DNA of 64,000 nucleotides from Euzebyales bacterium (GCA_035461305.1 DATHVN010000076.1:667-64666), one strand, 5' to 3'; positions 48,881 to 57,193 are shown, counted from the stretch's first letter. Notes: generated by a model from the letters alone, not told the origin. Made by a program: numbers and translations.

Positions 48881-50296
48881 ATGACCGCCGATCTGCCGGA
48901 CGAGCTGCAGGTCGTCAACATCGGGCTGCCGGTCTTTGGCGAGGCGGTCGAACGCCAGGGTGCGCGCGCCATCCAGGTGGACTGGCGCATCCCGGCGGGT
49001 GGCGATCGCGAGCAGATCGCGGCGTTGACGCGGCTGCACGGGCGGCACGCCGCGCGCGTCGACGAGGCCAACGCGACGGTCTTCGACCGCCTCGACCAGA
49101 TCGCGCCACGGATCACCGGCATCCGGCCGGTTGCCGAGGTCGCGGTCGACCTGCCCGAGCGCACGGTGTTGCACTCCGGCCCGCCGCTGCCGTGGTCCCA
49201 GCTGTGCGATCCGCTCCGGCGGTCGGTGCGCGCGGCCGTGGTCGCCGAGGGCTGGGCACCGACACCCGCTGACGCCGACACGCTGCTGGACGGCGGCGAC
49301 GTCGGGCTCACCCCCGCGAACCACCACGGAGGCGCCGTGCCGATGGCCAGCGCCATCGGGCCGTCGACGCCTGCGCTCATGGCCGAGGACCCCAAGGGTG
49401 GCACCCGTGCCTTCTCCGCCGTCAACCAGGGCCCCGGTCGCAGGGCCTGGATGGGCACCGACGCGCCCGAGGCCGTGGAACAGCTGATCTGGCTGCGCGA
49501 GGTCGGCGGTCCTGTGCTGGCCGCCGCGCTCGACGCGCATGGTCCGGTGAACGTGTTCGCCCTGGCAGCGCAGGGCCTGCAGATGGGCGACGACCTGCAC
49601 ATGCGCACGCAGGCCGCAACCAACCTGCTGGTACGTGACCTGCTGCCGTCACTGGTCGCCCTCGACGACCCGCGCACGGCCGAGGTCGCACGGTTCCTGT
49701 CCTCGAACCACCTGTTCTTCCTCAACCTCGCGATGGCAGGGGCCAAGGTCGTCGCGGACGCAGCCAGCGGGGTGCACGGATCCAGCGTCGTCGTGTCGAT
49801 GGCGCGCAACGGCACCACCTTCGGCATCCGGCTGTCGGGCACCGGAGACCGCTGGTTCATCGCCGACGCGCCGCCGGTCGGCGACGCGCTGTACCACGAG
49901 CAGTACGGCGACGACGACGCGGCACCCGATATCGGCGACAGTGCGGTCCTCGAGCTGGTGGGACTCGGGGGGGCCGCCGCGGCGGCGTCACCCGCCGTCG
50001 CCGGCTTCCTCGGCGGGACACTCGCCCAGGCCGTGGAGACCAGCGAGACCTTCGAGCAGCTGTGCATCGGGCGCAGCCGGCGGTTCAAGCTGCCGTACCT
50101 GGACTTCCGGGGATCGCCCGTCGGCGTCGATGCCCGCCGGGTGGTCGAGCTCGAGCGGACGCCGGCCATCAACACCGGGATCCTCGACGCCGAGCAGGGG
50201 CGCGGGCAGATCGGCGCCGGTGTCGCGCGCGCGCCGTTGGCGTGCTTCCGCGATGCCGTCCTTGCGCTTGATCAGGCGCTGTCGAATCCCGACTGA
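48881..50296 (+). CDS. DUF1116 protein (YlbE/AllG-like, FdrA partner)
   Basis: ATG 48881. ..LQVVNIGLPVFGEAV..VDWRIPAGGD.., ..FFLNLAMAGAK.., ..ARNGTTFGIRLSG.., ..AINTGILDAEQGRGQIGAGVARAPLACF.. parallels my recollection of E. coli YlbE. Confidence 0.75.
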   Translation: MTADLPDELQVVNIGLPVFGEAVERQGARAIQVDWRIPAGGDREQIAALTRLHGRHAARVDEANATVFDRLDQIAPRITGIRPVAEVAVDLPERTVLHSGPPLPWSQLCDPLRRSVRAAVVAEGWAPTPADADTLLDGGDVGLTPANHHGGAVPMASAIGPSTPALMAEDPKGGTRAFSAVNQGPGRRAWMGTDAPEAVEQLIWLREVGGPVLAAALDAHGPVNVFALAAQGLQMGDDLHMRTQAATNLLVRDLLPSLVALDDPRTAEVARFLSSNHLFFLNLAMAGAKVVADAASGVHGSSVVVSMARNGTTFGIRLSGTGDRWFIADAPPVGDALYHEQYGDDDAAPDIGDSAVLELVGLGGAAAAASPAVAGFLGGTLAQAVETSETFEQLCIGRSRRFKLPYLDFRGSPVGVDARRVVELERTPAINTGILDAEQGRGQIGAGVARAPLACFRDAVLALDQALSNPD

Positions 50297-51453
50297 CGCC
50301 GGAGCGCGCCGGCGGCAGCGGCGTCATGGACCTCGGCGTGCTGCCGCGCGCACGCGGCCCACGTGAACATGGACGCAACACCGGGGCCCGTGGCGCCCAG
50401 CGACGACCGCAGTGCGGGATCGGTGATCACCCGCCGGATCCCGCCGGCGAGGCCGGCGGCGTCGCCGACAGGGGTCAGCACGGCTCCGACGCCATCGTCG
50501 AGGAACTCGCGGAAGACGGGGATGTCGCTCGCGATCACCGGCAGTCCCGCCGCCATCGCCTCGAGCACGACCAGCCCGAAGCCCTCCTTGACCGACGGGA
50601 ACACCAACACATCGGCCGCGTGGTACCACGACGTAAGCTCGGCATCCGACACCGTCCCCACCATCCGGATGTGCTCGGTCAATGCAAGCTGCTCGGCACG
50701 GTCGAGGACCTGCTTCCGGTACCGGCGGTGATCCTGGAAGGAATGGCCGCCGACGACGACGAGCAGGGGCGGCGGATCCAGTTCGTCCCGGATCATCGCC
50801 AGCGCCTCGATCAGCTCCATGCTGCCCTTGCGAGGCTCGATGCCCCCGACGGTCAGCAGGAGGGAACGGCCAGCGGCGCCGATACGCGCTCGCAGGGTCG
50901 ACACCGGGATGGCCGGATCGACTGCGAACCGACGTGTGTCGACACCGTTGGTCACGACGGTCGCCGCGACGCCGAACTCGGTGGACAGGCCGTCGCGCCA
51001 GTGGCGGCTGACAACGAGCACGTGGTCGGGATCGAGGATCGAGCGCCGCTGGCACTCGATCAGTGCCTCTGTGGTGAAGTCGTCGACGTGGTGCACGGTG
51101 CGGATCACACGGATGGGCAGGCCGTCGTCACGGAGGTGCACCGCGGCCCGCGCGGCGATGCAGTCCTGGGTGTGCACGACCGGGTAACCGTCGAGGCCCG
51201 CGGCCAACCCGCTGGTGAGCGCCTCGATCGACGCGAACACCCGCTTCTCGAGCGTCGGCAGGTGGGGCGGCGCCGGGATGATCGTCACCGGAGCATCCAC
51301 CGGCCGGAAGAACCCCACATCCGGGTCGCCGAGCCCGAAGATCCGGACGGGCCGCCCGATCGCGGTCAGCGCCTCGGCCAGGTGGAGCGTGTGCACCACG
51401 CCGCCGCGCGGACGTGTCGAGTAGGTGACCAGCGCGACAGGCGCGGGGTTCAT
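50272..51453 (-). CDS. GT4-type glycosyltransferase, MSMEG_0565-family type
   Basis: ATG 51453 (MNPAPVALVTYSTRPRGGVVHTLHLAEAL..). An alternative GTG 51549 overlaps the FdrA stop (GTGA). C-terminal ..FPSVKEGFGLVVLEAMAAGLPV... The 3' end overlaps the DUF1116 gene by 25 nt (convergent). Confidence 0.7.
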   Translation of the reverse strand: MNPAPVALVTYSTRPRGGVVHTLHLAEALTAIGRPVRIFGLGDPDVGFFRPVDAPVTIIPAPPHLPTLEKRVFASIEALTSGLAAGLDGYPVVHTQDCIAARAAVHLRDDGLPIRVIRTVHHVDDFTTEALIECQRRSILDPDHVLVVSRHWRDGLSTEFGVAATVVTNGVDTRRFAVDPAIPVSTLRARIGAAGRSLLLTVGGIEPRKGSMELIEALAMIRDELDPPPLLVVVGGHSFQDHRRYRKQVLDRAEQLALTEHIRMVGTVSDAELTSWYHAADVLVFPSVKEGFGLVVLEAMAAGLPVIASDIPVFREFLDDGVGAVLTPVGDAAGLAGGIRRVITDPALRSSLGATGPGVASMFTWAACARQHAEVHDAAAAGALRRQSGFDSA

Positions 51454-51545
51454 GTGGTGTGTGATCTCCAGGCCAACGGACGGGCCCGAGTGGTGCGGCG
51501 TCCGAGCGGCGCGCAGGCGGCCGTGCGACAAGGGCGCCGGGCGGT

Positions 51546-53111
51546 TCACGCCACGTCCTCGGCGATCGTCGGATCACGTGCGGCAATCGCCGCGGCCAGC
51601 AGGGCGGCACGGGCGTTGGTGGGCGCGAGCAGGCAACCGGCGTCGGTCAGCTGCGCTCGCTGGCCCGCGAGGTCCTGGGGGTCGTCGTCGGTACCGAGCA
51701 CGTACGCGACGACAGCCGGTGCGTCGGCTGCGGAGGTGATCTCCTCGCAGACGGGTGCGAGCACGCCCGCGGGGTCGTCGTGGGCACCGTGGCCCAGCAC
51801 CACGTCGAGCAGCACCACGGCGGTCGCGGGATCCGCGCCGTGTGTGCGCAGCTGCTCGGCTCGCGGCTCCGGATCGATCATCGGGTGCGGACGACCCCTG
51901 GTGTACTCCTCGGCCCCGAGGTCCAGGCACTGGTGCGCGTCGTCGTCCGCAGGCAGCCCCCAGCCGTCCCGCAGCGGCGTGTTGGAGTGCACGGCCCCGA
52001 GGTGACGGGACGCCAGGACCATCGCCTCGTAGCACAACGTCCCGCCGGAGAACAGCCCGCGCAGCGACCGACGGCCGCCGCCCAGACCTCCGACGGCGTC
52101 CCGGGCACAGCGTGCCATGCCGCGGGCGGGATCGGGCCGCGCACGACCCAGCGCGTCCAGCACCGACAGCGCCGCTTGTTCCAGCGACCCTGCCAGCGCC
52201 ACGTCATGGGGCGCGGTGACCGCGCTGTGGTCGAGGCCGATGAACGCAGCGACGCTCGGCACGCCGTCCAGCTCCTCCAGCAGTGCGTACGCGACCTGCG
52301 GCGCCGGTGGCTTGGAGACCACCAGCAGGACCGATGTCGCAGGATCCGCGCACAGCGCCGCCAAGCCCATGCGCAACGCGACGCCGCCGACGTCCGCCGA
52401 GGTGTCGCGACCGCCGACGCCGATGACGTGGGAGGGACCCGCGCCCCAGCGGTGCAGCAGGGTCATGACCTCCTGTGCTCCCGTTCCGGCGGCCGCCACC
52501 ACACCGACGGGACCTGGCTCGACGACGTTGGCGAACCCAAGGCCGACGCCTCCGAGCATCGCCGTGCCGGCGTCCGGGCCCATCACGAGCAGGCCGACGT
52601 CGCGGGCGCGGCGCTTCAGCTCGATCTCATCAGCGACGGCGATCCCGCTGCTGAACAGCAGCACGTGCAGTCCGGCCGACAGTGCCTTGTGCGCCTCGAG
52701 CACCGCGTACTCGGCGGCGACGGAGATCAGTGCGACGTTGGCGTCGGACAGTTCCTGGACCGCCTGCTCCAGGGTCTGCGGCCCGGGTCGGCCGCCGCCG
52801 GACGGGTCGGGTCGGTCGGATCCGTCGTCGCCCTCCAGCGCGGCCTCGCCCGCGGCCAGCGCGGCCCGGGCGGTGTCGTCGTCAGTGGCGGCGACCGCCA
52901 GCACCACATCGTTGGCCCCGACACCGTCGAGGTCGCCTGCGGCGAAGCCGGTCTCGATCAGATCGTCCCGGTTGGCCGGGGTGCCCATCAGCGCGGCGAC
53001 GGTGCCGGTGCCCCCGACGTCGCCCATCGCGCGCCGCGCGGCCATCAGGCGTACCGAGTCCGCGTACTGCTCGGTCTGCACGCGAACGCGGTGCACCGTG
53101 TCGGTCGTCAT
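51546..53111 (-). CDS. fdrA: FdrA family protein (succinyl-CoA-synthetase-alpha-like)
   Basis: ..YADSVRLM.., ..ALISVAAEYA..EAHKALSAGLHVLLFS.., ..GPVGVVAAAGTGAQEV.., ..VIGVGGRD... ATG 53111 overlaps the upstream stop (ATGA). Confidence 0.75.
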   Translation of the reverse strand: MTTDTVHRVRVQTEQYADSVRLMAARRAMGDVGGTGTVAALMGTPANRDDLIETGFAAGDLDGVGANDVVLAVAATDDDTARAALAAGEAALEGDDGSDRPDPSGGGRPGPQTLEQAVQELSDANVALISVAAEYAVLEAHKALSAGLHVLLFSSGIAVADEIELKRRARDVGLLVMGPDAGTAMLGGVGLGFANVVEPGPVGVVAAAGTGAQEVMTLLHRWGAGPSHVIGVGGRDTSADVGGVALRMGLAALCADPATSVLLVVSKPPAPQVAYALLEELDGVPSVAAFIGLDHSAVTAPHDVALAGSLEQAALSVLDALGRARPDPARGMARCARDAVGGLGGGRRSLRGLFSGGTLCYEAMVLASRHLGAVHSNTPLRDGWGLPADDDAHQCLDLGAEEYTRGRPHPMIDPEPRAEQLRTHGADPATAVVLLDVVLGHGAHDDPAGVLAPVCEEITSAADAPAVVAYVLGTDDDPQDLAGQRAQLTDAGCLLAPTNARAALLAAAIAARDPTIAEDVA

Positions 53112-53644
53112 GCGGCGATCTCGTCCTGGCCACGCTCGACGTCGTCGACGACTCGCGTGCCATGGCGTCCGTCGAGCGCGTCGCCGACGTGGGGGTCCGA
53201 CGTGATCAGGGCGAGGCGCGCTCCGCGGCCGACGAACTCGGTCGTCGACTCGACCTTCGGCCCCATCGAGCCCACGGGGAACTGGCCGTCAGCGAGGTGC
53301 GCCCGTGCCTGCGCGACGGTCATCTCGTCGATGGAACGCTGCGCGGGTGTGTCGTAGTCGATCGCGACGGCCGGCACACCGGTCACCAGCACCAGCAGCT
53401 CGGCGCCGAGACCGGTCGCCAGGTGCGCGGCCACGCGGTCCTTGTCGATGACGGCGTCGACGCCGTGCAGACCGTCGTCGCTGCGCAGCAGGGTGACGCC
53501 GCCGCCGCCGGCGATCACGACCACCGCGTCGACCAGTGCGCGCACGCTGTCCATCTCGAGCACCTCGACCGGCACGTCGTAGGCGCCCGAGGCACCCTCC
53601 GGGACGAACGCGTTGCCGCCGAACGCGATCACCGCCGTCGGCAT
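53108..53644 (-). CDS. Carbamate-kinase-like protein, abnormally short (178 aa) with the central region missing in frame
   Basis: N-terminus AVIAFGGNAF joins almost directly to the C-terminal lobe (..VVVIAGGGGV..GVDAVIDKDRVAAHLA..LLVLVTGVPAV..FPVGSMGPKVEST..). My recollection of carbamate kinases is ~310 aa. Confidence 0.55.
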   Translation of the reverse strand: MPTAVIAFGGNAFVPEGASGAYDVPVEVLEMDSVRALVDAVVVIAGGGGVTLLRSDDGLHGVDAVIDKDRVAAHLATGLGAELLVLVTGVPAVAIDYDTPAQRSIDEMTVAQARAHLADGQFPVGSMGPKVESTTEFVGRGARLALITSDPHVGDALDGRHGTRVVDDVERGQDEIAA

Positions 53645-53647
53645 CGA

Positions 53648-54223
53648 TCACCTCGTCCTGAAGGCCATCCACATCGCCCTGGTCACGCCGGAGGAGATGT
53701 TCCGCCATTGGTGCGGCCGGTCGGTCCGGAAGTGCAGGGAGTCGCCGGCCGTCAGCGTGTAGCACTCCTCGTCGACCCGGATCTCCATGCCGCCGTCGAG
53801 GACGTGGACCAGTTCCTCGCCGGGGTGCTCCATCGGCTGCGCCCCGCTGTCGGCTCCGGCATCGAGCACCGCGACCGCGCCGGCCAGCAGGAACTGACCG
53901 TAGGGTCCGCTGATCCCTTGCAGCTCGAGTCCCTGTTTGGAGGTGAGCACCGGACGGCGGTCCGCGGCGGGCGTGAACACGGCGGGACGGCCCAGGTCCT
54001 CCTCGTCGACGAAGAAGGCGACCGACCGGTTGAGCGCGGCCGCCAGCTTCATCAACGTCGTGATCGTCGGGGTCATGTGCGAGTGCTCGATCTTGTGGAT
54101 CGCGGCTGTCGACACCCCGGAGCGGTCGGCGAGCTGCTGCATCGACAGCCCCTTCTGCTGGCGGACCTGGCGGAGCTTGCCGCCGATCGCTCCGACGACA
54201 GCATCAAGGGCAGCTTGCGGCAC
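53648..54223 (-). CDS. XRE-family HTH regulator with a C-terminal cupin domain
   Basis: ..IGGKLRQVRQQKGLSMQQLADRSGVSTAAIHKIE.. HTH and a cupin (..HPGEELVHVLDGGMEIRVDEECYTLTAGDSLHF..). Start at GTG 54223 or TTG 54241. The stop lies 3 nt before the CK-like start. Confidence 0.75.
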   Translation of the reverse strand: MPQAALDAVVGAIGGKLRQVRQQKGLSMQQLADRSGVSTAAIHKIEHSHMTPTITTLMKLAAALNRSVAFFVDEEDLGRPAVFTPAADRRPVLTSKQGLELQGISGPYGQFLLAGAVAVLDAGADSGAQPMEHPGEELVHVLDGGMEIRVDEECYTLTAGDSLHFRTDRPHQWRNISSGVTRAMWMAFRTR

Positions 54224-54265
54224 GTGGCACCCACTTGGCAACGTACGGTTCGTTCCGTAGGATCA

Positions 54266-54301
54266 TATCCGATAGGAAAGAAGTTCTGCCACTATCCGAT
54301 A
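54266..54301. promoter_or_regulatory. Two copies of the palindromic 9-mer TATCCGATA in a divergent intergenic region (candidate operator pair)
   Basis: TATCCGATA occurs at 54266-54274 and 54293-54301 (27 nt centre to centre). Both sit in the AT-richer 95-nt spacer between the XRE-cupin gene and the flavoprotein gene. Confidence 0.55.
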
Positions 54302-54336
54302 TGGTCGCGCGTGCTGGCACGGCGTGACAGGAGGCA

Positions 54337-55683
54337 ATGGTGCGGATCCTCGTGGTCGGCGGGGGCGCCTCGGGTATGGGCGCGGTCGGTGCAGCGGAGA
54401 CCGTGAACTCCGACGCGGACGTCGGGATGTTCACGGCATACGAGGACATCGCCTACAGCCCGTGCGGGATCCCCTACGTGCACGGCGGCGAGATCGACGA
54501 CTTCGACGCGTTGTTCCTGCAGGGCAAGGAGTTCTACGCCGATCGCGGCATCGACGTGCACTACGAGACGGTCGTCACCGACATCGACCTGGACCGCCAG
54601 CAGTTGACCGTGCACGACGGATCCACCCACGGATTCGACCGCCTGGTCCTGTGCACAGGCTTCGAGTGGGTGCGGCCGGACCAGCCGGGCAACCAGCTGT
54701 CCGGTCTGCACTCGCCCAAGAACATCCGTGAGTCGATGGCGTTCGACAAGGTCCTCGACGACGCCCGGCGCGCGGTCGTCATCGGTGGCACGCCGCTGGG
54801 TGTCGAGATGGCAGGCGGCCTGGCCAAGCGTGGTCTGGACACCCACCTCGTCGACACCCATTCCTGGGTGCTGTCGGGCATCGCCGACCCCGACATGGTC
54901 GAGCCCGTCGAGGAGTCCCTCGTCGAGCTCGGCGTCACCCTTCACCCGACCACCGAGGTCTCGGCGTTCGTCGGCGTCAACAAGGTCAAGGCGGTCGCCA
55001 CATCCGCGGGCGACCTCGAGGCAGACGTCGTGGTCATCTGCGACAAGCGCCGGCCCAAGACGGAGCTGGCCGAGGCAGCAGGGCTCGACATCGGCTCGAC
55101 CGGCGGGTTGATCGTCGATGACCACCTGCGCACGTCGTCCCCGATCGTCTACGCCGCCGGCGACATCATCGAGATCCCCCATGAGCTGCACGGCATCCCG
55201 ACGCGTGGGTTGACCGGCAGCCACTCGTACGCTGAGGGCAAGGTCGCCGGCACCAACGCCGCGGGCGGAGACCGCAGATACCGACCGGTCGCCGTCCCCT
55301 GGGGACTGGTCGCGGGTAAGTGGGCGATCGGCGGCGCGGGCTTCGGCGAGAACCTTGCGGACGCCCTGGGCATGCCGTACGTGGTGGGCAAGGGCCAGGG
55401 CATCTCGCGCGCTCGGTACTACCCAGGGTTCAAGCCCGTCTGGGTCAAGCTGCTCGCCGATCCCGAGACGCACGCGCTGGTCGGCGCCCAGATGACCGGC
55501 GGCGAGGGCATCAAGGAGCGAGCCGACTTCCTGGCGATGGCCATCCGCAAGCGGATCACGATCGAGGACCTCGCCTCGATGGAGAACGTCTACGCACCTC
55601 CGATCGGCGCGGTCATGGAGCCGATCGCGATCTGCGCGCAGGGCCTGCAGGCCGACCTCGAGTCGGGTGCCCGCGACCGATGA
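54337..55683 (+). CDS. FAD/NAD(P)-dependent pyridine-nucleotide-disulfide oxidoreductase, Nox/CoA-disulfide-reductase-like
   Basis: ATG follows AGGAGG. ILVVGGGASG; single redox Cys context YSPCGIPYVHGG; second Rossmann VVIGGTPLGVEMAG; ..YAAGD..; C-terminal dimerisation domain. Confidence 0.75.
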   Translation: MVRILVVGGGASGMGAVGAAETVNSDADVGMFTAYEDIAYSPCGIPYVHGGEIDDFDALFLQGKEFYADRGIDVHYETVVTDIDLDRQQLTVHDGSTHGFDRLVLCTGFEWVRPDQPGNQLSGLHSPKNIRESMAFDKVLDDARRAVVIGGTPLGVEMAGGLAKRGLDTHLVDTHSWVLSGIADPDMVEPVEESLVELGVTLHPTTEVSAFVGVNKVKAVATSAGDLEADVVVICDKRRPKTELAEAAGLDIGSTGGLIVDDHLRTSSPIVYAAGDIIEIPHELHGIPTRGLTGSHSYAEGKVAGTNAAGGDRRYRPVAVPWGLVAGKWAIGGAGFGENLADALGMPYVVGKGQGISRARYYPGFKPVWVKLLADPETHALVGAQMTGGEGIKERADFLAMAIRKRITIEDLASMENVYAPPIGAVMEPIAICAQGLQADLESGARDR

Positions 55684-55925
55684 GTTGGATCCGACGGCTG
55701 TCGCAGTGGCTGCGCTCGAACTCCGAGCGCTACCTGCAGGAGGCCGCCGAACGCGACACGGCGGCACGCTACGGGCGTCCGCCGCCCCTCGTCGGCAGCG
55801 GACCTGTCGACCTGTTCTGGCGCTACGTGTTCGTCCCGATCTACCGGGCCCTGCCCTGGCGGATGCGGCTGACCGTGATGCGCGCGATGCCAGGCAGCCA
55901 CCGCAAGCAGTGGAGAGGAGGCTGA
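55680..55925 (+). CDS. Small hypothetical protein (81 aa), translationally coupled to the flavoprotein gene
   Basis: ATG 55680 overlaps the upstream TGA (ATGA). MSWIRRLSQWLRSNSERYLQEAAERD..VDLFWRYVFVPIYRALPW.. has one amphipathic/hydrophobic stretch. Coding status is uncertain. Confidence 0.4.
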   Translation: MSWIRRLSQWLRSNSERYLQEAAERDTAARYGRPPPLVGSGPVDLFWRYVFVPIYRALPWRMRLTVMRAMPGSHRKQWRGG

Positions 55926-56039
55926 CACCCCTGGGTTCGACGTGGGTGGCCACACCACCGGTGCGGTGGCCGCCGACGCCATCGCGGCGACACCGACCGC
56001 GAGCACCGGCACACGCAGCAACACGTCAAGGAGGCAGTG

Positions 56040-56525
56040 ATGGCGGACATCGTTGGCGAGCGAGTACAGCAAGGCGACGCGATCGTCGACTACGACCACA
56101 AGTACTTCGAGGACATCCAGGCGGAAGAGGGTGAATCGGCGTACGTCTTCATGCACACGGTGCCGTTCGAGGGGTCAGTCGGACTCGTCAACATGCTCAC
56201 GACGACGCGGATCAACCGGAAGGGGTTCGACACGCACCTGATCCTCTACGGCCCCGGCTCGCTGATGGCGGCCGCTAGTCGCGGCTACCCCAAGGTCGGC
56301 GACGAGGCCTTCCCCGGTGCACTGGCCTACAACAAGCAGCTGCAGACGTTCATGGACGAGGGCGGCCATGTGTACGCCTGCCGCTTCTCGGCCGCGGCGC
56401 TCTACGGCATGCGGGAGATCGACATGATGGAAGGCGTGCAGCCGCTGAACCCCCTCGACATCCTCGACGCGGTCCTCACGGCGCGCCGGCAGGGGGCATT
56501 GGTGCTGCAGACCTGGACGCTGTAG
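56040..56525 (+). CDS. MSMEG_0572/Sll0783-family type nitrogen-starvation-response protein (DsrE-like pattern)
   Basis: ATG 56040 lies 5 nt after AAGGAGG. ..VDYDHKYFEDIQAEEGE..FMHTVPFEGSVGLVNMLTTTR..LILYGPGSLMAA..FPGALAYNKQLQTFMDEGGHVYACRFSAAALYGMRE..LVLQTWTL matches my memory of this family. Confidence 0.6.
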   Translation: MADIVGERVQQGDAIVDYDHKYFEDIQAEEGESAYVFMHTVPFEGSVGLVNMLTTTRINRKGFDTHLILYGPGSLMAAASRGYPKVGDEAFPGALAYNKQLQTFMDEGGHVYACRFSAAALYGMREIDMMEGVQPLNPLDILDAVLTARRQGALVLQTWTL

Positions 56526-56545
56526 CGGCGCGACGCCCCGAGGTG

Positions 56546-57193
56546 ATGCGGGTGGATCTGCAGGTCGCCGAGGTCGTCGCATGTTGGCGCCGGGCCGAGG
56601 AGCGCCTGTACCCGGTCGTGATGGTCGACCCGGAGCGCTACACCCGCATCGTGTCCGTGATCCGGGCGACCGCCGACCGGCTCAGCGCGCACGACACGCC
56701 CGACGAGCTGGTCCGAGCCCGTGCGCGCGGCAGCGAGCTGGTCGCTGCATCGTGTGCGGCCGTCGGCGTGCCCGTCGCGCACCTTCCAGACCTCGAGGTG
56801 GTCGCGGACGCGGCGTTCGGACTGCGCCATCGTGAGGTCGAAGCCGAGCAGCGCCGCCAGCGGATGGCGGCCGGGATCGTCGCGGCGCGTGCGCGGGGGG
56901 ACACCTGGGTCACGCTCGACGAGTCCGGACAGCCCGACCCCCTTGGCGCGGCGCCGTACCAGCGCATCGACATGCGGCTCGACGACGGCAGTGGGATCCG
57001 GATGTCGATCGACGTCGATCCCGACTCCTATCGGCCGGTCTACACCCTCGAGCGCCTCCGTCTCGACCCAGTCAGCGGGGCCGTGACCGGATCGGCGGAC
57101 GCCGACCGTGCGACGTTCGCCGATCCCGCAGCGTGGCGGGCGGCCTTCGTGCGCTGGCGGGACGCCGACGCCGAGCGGCCCAGGTGCCCTTGA
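56546..57193 (+). CDS. Hypothetical protein with no recognisable domain (215 aa)
   Basis: GTG 56543 / ATG 56546 lie 18 nt after the upstream stop. Non-repetitive sequence (..AEVVACWRRAEERLYPVVMVDPERYTRIV..RMSIDVDPDSYRPVYTLERLRLDP..). Confidence 0.5.
   Translation: MRVDLQVAEVVACWRRAEERLYPVVMVDPERYTRIVSVIRATADRLSAHDTPDELVRARARGSELVAASCAAVGVPVAHLPDLEVVADAAFGLRHREVEAEQRRQRMAAGIVAARARGDTWVTLDESGQPDPLGAAPYQRIDMRLDDGSGIRMSIDVDPDSYRPVYTLERLRLDPVSGAVTGSADADRATFADPAAWRAAFVRWRDADAERPRCP

Noticed and set aside
48856-50175. Upstream 440 codons of the 571-aa minus-strand ORF 48460..50175
   Set aside because: Only the last 131 codons show OsmC homology and they have their own ATG. The rest is Ser/Ala/Arg/Pro-rich and antisense to the DUF1116 gene.
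50326-54406. Long plus-strand ORFs 50326..52005, 51780..53357, 52117..53205 and 52682..54406
   Set aside because: All are antisense to the GT, FdrA, CK-like and XRE-cupin genes, have low-complexity Arg/Pro/Gly composition and carry no recognisable motifs.
54337-55683. Calling the flavoprotein an MSMEG_0569-family flavin-dependent oxidoreductase
   Set aside because: Its motifs (single redox Cys SPCGIPY, two Rossmann folds plus a dimerisation domain) are of the Nox/CoADR type rather than the monooxygenase-like type I associate with that family. I kept the generic call pending an HMM test.
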